Below are positions 11,809-24,938 of a DNA stretch of 64,000 nt, piece by piece. The number at the start of each line of letters is the position of its first letter. Position 1 is the stretch's first letter. This stretch comes from Balanoglossus misakiensis. Lineage: Eukaryota > Animalia > Hemichordata. The notes under the pieces were generated by a model that did no database searches, was not told where the DNA came from, and was given only the letters and a program-made list of their open reading frames with translations. A program made the translations under genes and the position numbers. The stretch is taken from contig CM082576.2 of assembly GCA_040954595.2 (NCBI GenBank), positions 2,950,760-3,014,759 on the forward strand. The letters run 5' to 3'.

Positions 11809-14800
11809 TCAGCGAGAACAATAGACTGCCGTCGCGCTCACAGCTGCTAATGGGCGTTGGCCCAAGTGGTGTTAACTTTCTCTTGCATTTCTCAATAATG
11901 GCTCGGTCAATTGAAAAAGTGAAAATAGTTTTGAACTCGGGGCCTAATTGCGCACCAGAAACAGACTCTGAATTAGTGCCAGAATTATTACTCTATATTG
12001 CGACCTCCATTGTTTGGCCAAATGTAAAAATAAATCACGCAACTACGATTTGTAAAGTATTTCCTTCGTTACAAAAAGCCCTGGCATTGTCACTTGCCTA
12101 TGGTTGTCTCCGAACGGTAATTTGTCGGAGATAAGCGATTTCCGTAATCGTCTTCAGACGAATCTTGCAAGACGTAATGGCAAACATCATTTACACTGAC
12201 TGCACAGAGATAAGTGGAATGATGACCTGTGTAAGGCTCGTGCCGGACTGTGACTTAATAATATATCAGTACTCCGAAACCAGATGCCAACATACAGCCA
12301 GTAACACCTGCAGCTGACAAATGTTTTTTAAGGTACCTATACAAAGTACAATCTTGTGCCAACTGAAAAGGGCAGTGTGAGCTGAAACTGCGCGTCAGAC
12401 ATATGAATACCAGTCGATAAATCAGATTTTATTTTACGTGTCACTCATCATGTGACCGTTCTTGTAATCTGTGGCAGAAATTGAGTACACGGCAAGGTTC
12501 AAATTTTACAACCGACCTATAAAACTTGAGGGGCAGGTCGGTTCGGGCACTTGTTGTAATGAAAGCATCAAATATTTATAGTTGAACGGAGCGTTAACAT
12601 ACTTTAACGACTTGTTCGGTTCAATTGATGGACCACCGCCATCCGTGGTGGATTAATAAGGCAACCTTGATTCTTCAGACATACTGAAGTGGCAAAGTTG
12701 ACCTTGGCGACAGTTCTTCAAGGTTCACAGAATCGCAAAAAGAAACCGTCGGCGGTGAGATATCGTGCACGAAGATCAAGTATAGCAATTAGAGCACTTC
12801 GCAAATGGAGATTAGCAGTTTTATCTTTCGCGTGCGTCTGCCGTTTCGGAAGCTGGGACAATTTCTGCGCGGAGGGTATGAATAATTCATCCTTATAATA
12901 TGTCAATGAGATTTGTAAATTTGCAAATCCACCTTTAGTTGCAGGGTACAGAACGCATGCGAAAGGTCGCACAGATGAAGAGAGCTAGCTATCGGATTAC
13001 ATGTTGGCTATTATCGACTGGCCCAGTGTTTAAATTTAGACATGAGTGGATTGTGGGCCTTTTATTGTCCCAATTAATTTTACGGGATTCTCGTTTAACG
13101 TATACGATGTTTTGTTACTTGATTGAATGTTACATATTCTACGCTTGCAGAGATGTACAATCATACATTTTATCGGCAAACCTCCAAATCTTTCGGAAGA
13201 ATGATCCACTAACAACACAACATTTAATTGCATTTTCCCCTGAAATGTTAATGACACATTTGAACTGAACCGAGAACTGCATTAGGTTTGAAATAAGACG
13301 ATGCCATGTGCACATGTAAGCGATAATGCATAGTCCCCTTTTCAATATTATTTGAAAGTAACCAAATATCAACGATACATAATCTATGACGTCACAGATA
13401 ATGCCCGCAAATTAGCCGTCTTGAATAATAATACAATAAAAATGACGTGTATAGTTTATGTATACCAACTTTATTCAATTTAAGCATGGCGGAGTGATTT
13501 TTTTCTGGACACTTCAAGCGGAATAAGTGACGTGCATATGGTGAAAGCTGGTTCGTAACATAACCACACTTAACTTTGAAAGAAATGAGTTCAGGTGTGA
13601 CTGAATGCAGACATGGCAGATGGAGCGTTCAAACGTGTAGTATACGTGTGCTTTGGGGGATCGAAATCAAAAATGCACTATGCTGTATATGTACAAGGTC
13701 GTTGAAGTTATAAGGTAGGAGAGTATTATTGTACTTGTCTGATGATATTGTATACATTTTTGAACTGGAGTCACCTAACAAGACAGTGAAGTTCAGTTAA
13801 CCTGTCTTGGATTACATTCTCACTTTGATAGACCGCTGGAATAGCTCATATCTTTCTCGGGATAAAAAATAAAACTGTATGTCAGTTTTATGTTTCCAAG
13901 ACTCATCCGCCAGAGAGAAGTCAAAATGTTATCAATACCACTGTTTTCGTGTGCTAAAACATCCGTCATAACACAGCCCGCCGACGGACAGAGACTTATA
14001 GTGTGCTTGTTGTCGATGTCTGCCAGGCACATTCATCAGGGCGGCTAATCTTCTCAGCGACTGAATAATTCACGATTCTGATTTGCTCCGACGGAAACAC
14101 ATTAAATATTGAATTCTCATGAAGCTATAGAGTTAGATCTGTATAGAGTACTGTTGACACGTGGAGGTCTACACGAGTGCTCAGTAGACGCTAATACGAC
14201 ATCGGCGCAATCTGGGCAGAGTGGCGCGGGCGTTATGTTTTCCGTTTACACGCTGCTCAGGGAGAATTGTATTAATATGCCATTTACTTGTGTGTGTGTG
14301 TGGGAGGGGGGGGGGTTGATCAGATGGAGTATAGTGCCTCTACATTTCTCCATTGAAGCACATGCTACCAATTTCTGCGCTCGTGCGAGTTCCAGACCAC
14401 TACAAACTTACCGGCGCGGGTTGTCATAAAGGGGAGGAAAGAAAAATAGCCGGCGGGGGGATTCGAGACAGGTGGCGGGGGTATTGAGTTTCCGGACACC
14501 GATTTTGACAACAATTTTATTAGATTGACTCCGAGAATCATGATTCCCGCCCCGGGGCTAAAATAATTGAATACTCTGCAACAAGTGCTCTGCTTCTTTG
14601 TGTTGTTTCAGGGCGCGGGTGGGTCTTCAGTAAAAAAATCACGATGTCGACATTTCCCCTCGATTAATGGTTGTCGCTATTGTACAAATGATCAGATATA
14701 GTGTTTGTGGATGATGGCCTTTGATGCGCGCTGGGTTCCGTCCACTTGACAACAGCTGGCGTTCTATCTGCCCGCTCTTTCCCGCGCCCCCGTAAACATG

Positions 14801-17800
14801 GTAAATGGGATCAGAAATTTATGCCGAATACTTCCCTGTTTCGCGCACGCCAGCTGTGCAAAACAGTAATCGCGAACAATTACGCCGGGGTACTTTCGCC
14901 TGTTAATATGTACACCAGGTCTTTCAGCAGTGATTTGCCTTAACTCAGTCGCACAATTCAGTTTGAAAGAACTGATCGCACGTAAATGTCCACTAAATAC
15001 TTGATCGTTCTGCAACCATTGGCGGATTTTGGGCGATTTCTGCATCACAATATGGCGGGAGAGCGATCCAAGCACAGCTGTCGTTCGCAATCCGATTGCT
15101 TCCGATGAGGTGTGCTTACGGCATATATTTGACTTTCGTAATTGCAACCTTCAAAGGCGCCGCCATCATAGCTGCACGACGGCATTTGGCATTATTAGCC
15201 GATGACTGTTGCAGACGACGGTTTTAGACCACTTCAGCGTGCAATCAATATCCGCGATCACAAAGAAGAGACATAACATAAAACTCTGTCATAAACTATT
15301 ATGTATTTGACTTTGTTTCAAGTTTGAAAATGAATTTGGCATGGTCCGGCAAATTAACTACTTTCGAAATTACATTTCGTAATAAGAACTAAACATAGCA
15401 TTAAACATAAAAGACGCTGACGTGGGTAAACCGCGCGTGGACCCGTTCAAAAAAGTTATGGGTTTCGTTTCCTTTATTGACTGTTGACATATCGCTTTCA
15501 TAAACTTTTTTATTTTCGTGTTGAATATCATTTTTACTAAAACCCATTAAAGGTCTCGCGTGTGGCCTGTGAATGGAAAAGGCCATTATTAAATTTATAT
15601 TTGTACATTATTGTCCAGTTTTCTAAGCCCATTACCATGACGATTATTTCCATGGTGATAATCACGACACGCGCACTCACTCATGTTCTCAGAACAAAAA
15701 CGCGGGAAACCATCATGAGCACACTCTTGTAGCGAAACCTGAACGCATTATGTACCGGGTTATTACATTCAATTCATTTCTACTAAATTTTCTTGTGGCT
15801 GGGGGTTTATGAATTGTTAAACGGATCATTAACCGTCGGAAATTAGTTAGTTACAGTGTTCTTTACAGAGGTACGGCATGATATTCCAAAAAGGGAATTC
15901 AAGGTTTTTAAAAAAATGTCAACGTAAAGGAGTACAATTTTATCATGGCTGGGTTGTGACTAAAGAAGAAATTTCATCCTCATAATGAAACGAGATATTT
16001 CCAAATTTGAGAAATACTTTCTCTAAGCATGCCAATAAAAAAGATCCGATCCCAACATTGAGACGGGTGCTTGGTATTATAACATACCTTGGAACTCTTC
16101 TTGTTTCGCCAAATATCAGACATACAAACTTTACTACGAATGGATCGTTATAATGGCATGTACAGGTGCTATAAATAGCCAGCTTAAACTGAACACGTAA
16201 AAGCCATAAGTCTATCAAGGGTGTTTCCATGCGGTCATGGTCAGAAATCAATAGGTAAACAACTGAAGGTCTGTGTTTTTATCCATCACTCATTGATCCC
16301 ATTTATAGAGGTACTCCTGCGTGTAACGGAGAAGTAATGGAAAGAAGAAGTGCATTTCTACGGGTTATAGGATAAGGCCTCTCTTTGGGTCTACAATTTT
16401 GCCATCCATTAGTGAGACTTGCACGATGTGTTGAAAGTAAGGTTGCCTGTTGCATTTGCAGTGTGTTCTACGGTCCGTCAGTCTACACGTGATGTCGTAG
16501 GTTTACATAATATGGGGTGGGGGAACGACCATATGCGCAACAACTGTGTGTGTCTTTATTTATTGCTTTCCTTTCTGATTTGAACAATTCCCGAATGCCA
16601 AAGGTCTTGGAATTAAATATTTGGCTGCTATCAAGTGTTTACGGTGCTACATTGCGGTAAATGGATGAGCACGCCTACCATATGCGGGTGAAAATAGCTA
16701 ACAGCGGGTTTTGTCTGTCACACTTTATGTTTGGACCGCGGCCGCTCCAGATCCTTTGACTGCCGCCGTCGATTTTTTACGATGCATTGTGATAATTTGC
16801 TGTGTCCGGTAATTAGTCATTTTGGTGGTAATTACAGTTTGTTCAGCGGCTCACCTGCTTACGTAAAAATATATTGCATTTTAGAATGTGGCAATACAAG
16901 TCATAAATTTCCAACGGGATATCCGGAGGGGTGAGAATAGAATTTTAGCAGACGACATGACGTAAGTAAATCATTCAGTGCCTTTGTCGGTAAGTGCGCC
17001 AGCAAGAAAAGACGATGGGTCCAGCGAAAATGTAAAACCCAATAAAGAACGAACTCAGGCCCCACCAGATTCGTCGACTTCCTTGTACAATCCTACAGAT
17101 ACTATAACCCGGGATTCCCACATGTTCCAGCACACCGTGTGATGTGTGTGGATAGCGATGTTTTGACAAATGGCATTGTTCAGTAACAATCAATTTGCCG
17201 ACAACAAAGTAAATACTCTCTCGAGGTCGGTCGTACTATACTATCAATATTATCATTTTCATTTTTGATGTTTCGTGCGCTGAGCCCGCCTACACGATAT
17301 CTCCATGGAAACCACTCCCCGGCTTAAGTTGTCGTTAGCATTCACCCCCACGAGATAACTCATGCGGGCCACCAGTTTGTTGACTGGTGCATTCACACGT
17401 AACACACCATTGTCGAACAGTGAAAAACAATGTGTAGCTTTGAAGGCGATGACATTTTCATTGCCATGTCACAGACAGATCACAGCGTGGGCAACGCGAG
17501 GACATTTTCACTGACGCTCGATTTGCTGAGCCTCGCGAGAAGAAAGCACAACAGGGGGGCATTTCCATCATAGTGTAAAAACTATATGTTTCGTCGGAAG
17601 AAATCGTAAAGATGTTTTTGCGGGACTTTGCCTCACTCGCACTAAATGCTACTATAACGTCACGACACAGGTATCCGAAAATGGTGCAATAATGCAATTA
17701 TCAAAATGCACGATACTATAACAACTGCAATACTCTGGCACAAAGCGCGATACAAACGCAGCATTTTCAGTTGTCACTTATATCAGGTGATGGCGCCGCA

Positions 17801-19765
17801 CGTGGAATATGTCAGGAGACCTGCATTGGGCATGACAATACGGAGAAACCGTACAACGCGCTGTACACAGGTGACATGATTGTGTGCTCATGAACAAATA
17901 GTGTCATGGCAACCTGTTCGTACGACAGGGAAAGGGAAGCTCTAACATATGGTTAATGTGAAACGCACGCCTGTCTTCAACAGACAGACAGACACAGACT
18001 TTTAAACGGCGCAAATGTTGCTGTCACTCTATCGTTTTGCGTGGAAGTGCAGCGTATACGCCATGGCATGGCAACATCTGCGCGCGGAACTGGTATAGTC
18101 TATATATCGTTTGCAAGTGCGGTTTGTGAGATTGTCGCGGCGTTGGTGTTGCGTTCTCATGGAAACGAGTCGTGAATAACAGAGATGAACTTAATATCAA
18201 GTTGGAGAATATGCAAATAGAGATTGTTTTCTCTTTACCTGTGGTTGGAGTAAAATGCTATTCCCACCCTCATGGTGAACAGTACTAGTATTCGATTTGA
18301 AACGTTGACTCAACCTTCCACAAACCGAGATAACACAAAAAGTCGGCTATAATAATGTGGGAATCGAGCTCGAAAGGACAGTTAGTTACTGGCGGTCTGT
18401 TCATAACAATAACTGCATGTGTGTTCTCCCTTGCCGATGGAAATATTAAATCTTGAGGAGGCCGACGTTACGAAATTATTTATAATGAAATGAGCCTTAC
18501 TGAATCACACAACATAACATTTGACATGTACTACCGCTAATTTGACAGACTGAGTCTATCTCACCTAGCGAATACTACTTCTAGACTTAAACCTGAGGCA
18601 CTGCCAAGGAACGTTGCTCCTGTGCCGAAGGCCAAAACTAACATATAGTCCCACAGTATTGACAAAACTACATAATCGGAGGATGTTGTCTTTTCTTGTG
18701 AACATACCTGGACGTCTCGCTCGTGTATATTTCCCGCACCTTTTGAAGAGGGTACGTGTGCGTAAACAGGCGTCTACTCCCGCTCAGCAAAGCGTGAATT
18801 CAACACCAACAATTTCGGGTGGTTGATCTGTGCACGGCGGTTTGCGTATACTGTCATGCGTGGCGGCAAGCCGACTGACTCGTCGGCTGAACACACAGCG
18901 CAAAATATATCCCAGACGATCGCCTTCACCGCGTGAAGACCTCACGCATGCGCGAAGCACCGAAGGTAAGCGATATTCACCTCGGTGATAAGACCGGGCA
19001 CTTTATTGGATTGTTATTGCGGAGAATGAGTTTCGGCTAATATCATAAGGCAATCGGGAGTCAGCATGCGTTCTAGGTAACGCCCACCAAGAGAAAATGA
19101 AAGATTAACATCAACTTAGCATAGCTTATACGATATAGGGGCGCACACGCTCGGAGCAAAATACAACATGCCACAGTTTATTTGTCGGTCCCATGGAAAT
19201 TTTCAGTTTTCTTTTTCTGGCGCAATAAATTGAGGAGAAAATATGTTAACGACTTTAATCAGTTGAGGGTATTGACACTGCCATTACACTTTCACATTAA
19301 GAATCACTCAAATCGCTGTGTTTGCGCTTCTGATTCGATGCCTGATTGGTTGGTGTGACAAATACCTTCCAGATCATCATCGCTGCGATGACAAATGTTC
19401 ACATTAAGAGAACTGATCGATTTAACCTTTTCATACTGGGTGCAATGGCGAGACACCGCCGCAAATTTGAAGACCAAGAAACAAAATGAAAATCTTGCCG
19501 CGTTCTTGATGATGACTGTTGCTTCATTTTAAGGTTACGCTGGGACCACTTTTTCGCCAAAGTTGTGTAACACTAAAACTCACTGACACCGTATCCAAGT
19601 GAAACGGTAACATGTCAGCGAATGCATGTGACACAGTCCGAAAGGTGCGGTGTCCATATCTTAACTATACATCTATGATACCGCGATTAGTTTTTCATTA
19701 CGCACGCTGCAGGGACGTTGCGTATTTACCGCGGCATGGGTACGCGTTATCTAGAGAAAGTCAAC

Positions 19766-19910
19766 AAAGAACATTTTCATTTCTTTTCATCATTTCGCGG
19801 TTTATTACGTCATAACACCAAATTTTCAGCCGGCAAAATTTTGGTTCATTCATACGAAAGAACATTATCATTTATTAGCATTTTCACGGTTTAGCCTATT
19901 ACGTCATAAC
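19766..19910 (+). repeat. Imperfect local duplication of about 50 bp (19766-19816 and 19857-19910)
   Basis: Both copies start AAAGAACATT(T/A)TCATTT and end TATTACGTCATAAC. Confidence 0.75.
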
Positions 19911-22149
19911 GTTCATACCAAGGGAGTATACATAGTATTAAGTCATACTGAAAGTGAAATTTTGTTACTGTGTTGAAGATTGGTCCCCTTCACGATACAA
20001 AAACAGCACGACGAGACTGCGTCGATACTAAATTGATTTTGCAATATAGACGCTTAATGGGAAGCGACTGGGTTAAATCAATTATGATTCGATTTTATGA
20101 CAACACTGCTGGACATTCGGCACGGAAAATGAGCGGGAAAAAGCTGATGTTTTATGACGGCGTCATCTTTTCTGCATTTTCTGACAACAAATGTGCCGCT
20201 GTTTACTCTGTTTCGGGGGATAAAGCAATTAAACCAATCACGGCGCGAAAGGGTTTGTTTTGCAAATGTTAGCGCTTGTCAGTATGTTGCACTATAACCG
20301 CTTTGTTGTCAGTTTATCTGATATTCATTACACTTTCTCTGAAAACCCTCGAGGTGCTGTCAAAATATTTACAGCAAAAGTGCAGTCCACAACAGCCTTC
20401 AAATGCATCAACATTCATTAATGACGTCACCAGACTTCTTTCACCACAATTTAAACAAAAATATAAACACGACTCTCTTTTTGATTTCCGTAAATATGAC
20501 AATATTTGACGAACACCTGACCTACAGTTCACCGTGGTAATAGGAATGCGGAATTCTCGTTCTATTATAAAACACTTCAGAACATCGCTATTACGTGACG
20601 ATCCCACTGTAGCCGTTCCAAACAACTGTCTTTAAATCACTCCGTCGCTTCAATGGGCGTGAGGGAGTAGACAATCCGTATGAAGTTAGTCGCGTGGAGC
20701 TACATGGTAGGATGGCGATGATTTGAAACCTGAGTGGGTAAAACTGACACTGAAATGTGTATCGATATAAATGAATTGCAATAAAAACTTTATCATGGTT
20801 GTTAAAAGTCGCGCCTGGGTATAACGATGACAAAATTAATACTTGTAGGGTATTCGGTCCGCTCTTTCACTCAATTACCATTCCGGGTGTACATTTCTAC
20901 TACACGTTAAAGGATATCTTTCTCGGCTCGTGGCTGACAGTCGAAGTGCACGGAGATTTCGTCAAATTAGCAACAGCGTTATTTTCGCATTTGACGTATC
21001 CGGCGCATGCGCAATTGTGGCGCAAGCGCGGAAAGTTCTGTATGCAAATACTGGTTCCCGACCATTTGAAGTCTGATAGATCGACAGATATTACGGAAAC
21101 GTGTCCTAAGTCTACGAGTTAAGTTGTGTGAATTCGGATGATAAAAGGATCCCTTTTCACACCTCAAATTTAAATATAACACGATAAACTTCTAATCAGC
21201 ATATTTTTGTTTATTCTATTAGGCATACACATATTTACGATATTTATAAATATAAATATTCCCTCTTATAAAGTTATATAGGGATATTAAAACGTAATAT
21301 AACGCGTGCGTGAAAACAGATAAGGTTAAAACCAATATTACAACCGGACGTGACAATCGCAAACAAATCTTTCATAAAGAAACGATTGACATATACTATT
21401 GCAGAGTTTTGTCTCGGCGATAAAAGTCTACCAGTGGGAGGTTTTTTGATGGCGCAGTAGTCGCTGAAGCGATAGCGTACATATGTTCCACGGGCCCTTT
21501 CAACACTCGGTCTTATCGGCGATCTCGCTGCTTTCAGCAATAGAACAAACGCGAATGTCGTCAACAGAAGAGAGATGATGATGACAGAAACTGTCAAAAG
21601 GCCGGCCGGCGTGCACAATATGACATAAGCTGCGAGTATCCCTACTTTGTTTGATTTCACCCCGGCGACACAGAGTTCATTCCCGGCACTAGGATCCATC
21701 GTTTCTCGACAAATTTGCTATTGTGTTTATCATTTCAACGATTTTGCTGCATTGTGAACACCTTTTCTAGCAAAACATTAGATTCCACATGTCGGCTCGG
21801 CGGGAAATCGCCAGCGTCACTGGTCTGTGAATACCATTGAAAACTGAACACCCCAACTCAGATGTTTGCGATAATTCTGTATTATTACGCATATAGTCGC
21901 ATTAAAACTCATTTGACAGCAATAGGAAAACAGAATGATACAATCTGACACATATGGAAAGGTGATACACAGGCGAATCAAACAGCAGACAGAAACAATG
22001 TGTGTCAAAAGGGGGCGCTCATGGCCTTTACAAAAGGTGTTGAACTCCAGTGAACGTTAGCCTTCAGGTTCAATCGAATAGGAAACTGGGAATCAGCTTC
22101 AAGTGATAGCTCCTTATTCGAATCTTGGGACCTGAATAAAGAAAGCAGC

Positions 22150-22270
22150 TTGACGTTCAAGTTCTTTATGTAACCAAAACTTTGTCATGCCAAAATAGAA
22201 CCTGTGTACCAAACTTGGTCGAAATATGATCCGTTCTTGAGATATCGTGTAAACACATGTGTACATAGAA
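22150..22270. mobile_element. Fragment of a microsatellite-associated interspersed repeat (HINE/Helentron-like or MITE)
   Basis: CCTGTGTACCAAACTTGGTCGAAAT..CCGTTCTTGAGATATCGTGTAAACAC resembles the core of common invertebrate non-autonomous repeats. An inverse-like piece, TATC-TAAGAACCG, follows the TATG microsatellite near 61115. Family assignment is from recall only. Confidence 0.35.
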
Positions 22271-23845
22271 CTATAGGGTGATCATGGTGATGGAGGAGAA
22301 ACATTTAGAAGATGAACTCTAGTAAGGTTAGGGACACTCTCATTATCAGTTTAATTTGCTCCGATGGGTTGATCCTCGAGTGGATCCTGTATAGTTAAAT
22401 AGAAACTATCGATGACAGTTTTTAACGGTGTTCCAGGCGACCGACCGTTGCTTAATACTACTAACAGTGGTGAATTGCGTGTTGAGTGGGCAGAACTAGA
22501 GATTTGATTATATGTGTGGAGTGGGAGCTATTACCGGTGCAAAAGATGCCCTAATAATATTCCCCTTAACACGGTTGCATTTCCAGAGCACGTTCTACTC
22601 CCCAAGTGTCTGAGCGAGGTACTAGAAACATCGTTCTGCCCCCGCTTGGCATCTTCGCGAAGGAAATTAAGCAATAACACGGAAAAGACGGTGGTTTTTC
22701 GCGAACGGAAATAAACACTCCGAAAGTGCGAAATGAAGGAAACGTGATAGCACCTCCACCTCGGCCGTCAAGTGTCTGAAGTTTGTTCCCGCTATTCAAA
22801 ATGAGACAGTTCAACTATCGTCTGGTATTAAGGGACTGATTACACATCAGGCCGGTACTTACCAAGATGCTAAATCGTGTTAATTTTGTCATCCAATAAT
22901 GTGCATAAAAACGGAACACTTGAAAATTACCGCTTTTGTTTTAGTGCGCGAATTTAGCTTCTGACGCCAAACCTTTCTCATGGACATGAATGGCAAGTTA
23001 TCAGAGTGACATAACAGTTAACATCGAGCCCAATTACTTCAAATCTTCCACACTCTGTACGATGCTAAGTTACCTGCGCCATTGGCGTATACATTGTTCT
23101 AAATACACTTCTAGGTGGCTAAGCTTTCATGTATGTGCCATACATTAATGTATAGTACACTCAATCGAGTTTTCAAACTAACCTTCATGCAGTTGCTGCG
23201 CTCAGTTTAGATGTCATTGCACAGTGTGCGTACTATTCGGCGCCCATCTCGAGAAAGGCAGCCGTAACACATCGAAGTGGGCAGCGTCGGGACACGTGAA
23301 CACACGGGCCAATCTGTCTCACATACTAGTAGTCCGGCGATACACTGGACTAATTGGATGTTTATTTGTCGAACCGGTCTCCCTCGCGGCCAGAAGCTAA
23401 ACGTGATATCGACGCTTCCAATTACAAAATCTCGCACCTCACTAACAGTTAAAAAGGCATCTAATTGAAGATATGGTTGGGAGATTGACATTTCAATTTT
23501 CCATCCACGATGCTTCCCTGTATCCTTTGAACCACAAACAAACATCGGGAGTTCAAAACACAATTCAGTATCGCGACCAGGATAAAAACATTAAACTCAA
23601 AACAAGAAAAAGGCTATAGTCTAATATCGTGAAGAAAATTGTTCTCAGAGCTATTGCTCGAGACTAATGACGTGCCGTGTGAATAAACTTTCCTGAATCA
23701 ATGTTTTCCAATGCAGTTTTGTAGTTAGTCTAGTAATAACTAGCATTAACATGGATATTTAGAGTATAAACATTATGACATTCCTGTGGGGACTGGCATG
23801 AACAGAAATGCAATTAGAAAGTGTAACGCCAGAAGGTAAAATGGA

Positions 23846-24066
23846 ATGTATGTATGTATGTATGTATGTATGTATGTATGTATGTATGTATGTATGTATG
23901 TATGTATGTATGTATGTATGTATGTATGTATGTATGTATGTATGTATGTATGTATGTATGTATGTATGTATGTATGTATGTATGTATGTATGTATGTATG
24001 TATGTATGTATGTATGTATGTATGTATGTATGTATGTATGTATGTGTGTGTGTGTGTGTGTATGTA

Positions 24067-24099
<33 letters not shown>

Positions 24100-24200
24100 A
24101 TGTATGTATGTATGTATGTCTGTATGTATGTATGTATGTATGTATGTATGTATGTATGTATGTATGTGTGTGTGTATGTATGTATGTGTGTATGTATGTG
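23846..24200. repeat. Compound microsatellite (TATG)n interrupted by (TG)n, about 355 bp
   Basis: Read directly. It explains the MYVC/HTYI ORFs at 23759-24290. Confidence 0.98.
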
Positions 24201-24514
24201 CCAGTGTCGATTAATCCGATAAGTAACAGCATGTCGTCCCGCTAACCCGATAAAGAGCACATGCAATTGGTCATTGTGTCCAATCAACATACCTGAAGGT
24301 TGTTAAACGTAGTCTGCAATGACATTGAGTAAACATTGGCTGATCCAGAATACCACTAGGAAGTATTTCATCGATTCGTGTGATGTTAGTTACTGTAGAA
24401 AAACAGAGACCTTTCAACCATCTTTTCCGTCGGTCACAAAGGCGTTAACGGGTGACGGTTTCAAAATAATCGCGTGATGTTAATTACACGTCATTTATCT
24501 GTTGGAATGTTTAA

Positions 24515-24938
24515 AGGAACTATCTGATCACGCCAGTCGTGTGATATGTGTCAAATTGCACATTCACTTTTATATAGATCAACTGAGCGCCCAGGACGTG
24601 TAGTTTACAACTCGACTGCCACGTGGGAACAAAGTTAAAAGTTCCGTCGTTGTTTTGAAACGAAACGTGTTCGACAATTCTGAAATTAATGAATGGAATA
24701 TCTGCACTACGACGGGGCATATCTACTCAAAATATGATTCGCGAACTAAAACAACTACTTTTGTAACTAAAAACTCCACCGTTTTATAATTTAATAAAGG
24801 CATCGTACCGATATATAACGATATATTTCTTTAAACAACGCGGAGGCGTATGAATTTAGGATTTGAAGGATGATGGCGATCGAACAAAAATCACGTGGTC
24901 AAAAATTGACGTCACTCCATAAAAGTTATCATATACCT
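24515..24938 (-). mobile_element. Putative non-autonomous Kolobok-like element with a decayed THAP-domain start
   Basis: It is flanked by TTAA at 24511-24514 and 24939-24942, with termini AGG...CCT and weak TIR similarity (AGGAACTATCTGATCA vs AGGTATATGATAA). A CRE (24907-24914), an E-box CACGTG and CGCCATCAT lie upstream of a minus-strand ATG at 24720 that reads MPRRSADIPFINFRIVEHVSFQ. Confidence 0.45.
24520..24720 (-). pseudogene. Degenerate THAP zinc-finger N-terminus (transposase 5' fragment)
   Basis: The sequence approximates the THAP start MPxxCxxxxCxN...VSFH. Single-base changes restore the key residues: AGT to TGT (C), TTC to TGC (C), CAA to CAT (H). The rest of the domain is not recognisable. 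Confidence 0.35.

Larger units (their letters stand above)
11460..12006 (-). mobile_element. Putative internally deleted Kolobok-like DNA transposon relic carrying the KolX-like exon
   Basis: It contains the exon and a TGACGTCA at 11801-11808. The tentative degenerate ends are AGGTCCGC..AATAATT (11460) and the reverse complement of the right end, AGGTCGC..AATAATT (12006). Flanks are CTAT/CCAT rather than canonical TTAA, so the boundaries are uncertain. Confidence 0.35.

Noticed and set aside
14430-14578. Possible MITE (TAGCC..GGGG / CCCC..GGCTA inverted similarity)
   Set aside because: The inverted match is too short and degenerate, and no TSD is identifiable.
19980-19992. 13-nt match to the 5' part of miR-133 (TTGGTCCCCTTCA)
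   Set aside because: The match diverges after 13 nt, and the seed would lie in the loop of the only local stem, so there is no pre-miRNA geometry.
23842-23862. TGGAATGTA..GTATGTAT resembling miR-1
   Set aside because: This is the junction into the microsatellite. The central bases differ and there is no hairpin partner.
23759-24290. Five overlapping 122-158 aa ORFs (MYVC.., HTYI..)
   Set aside because: These are translations of the (TATG)n microsatellite.
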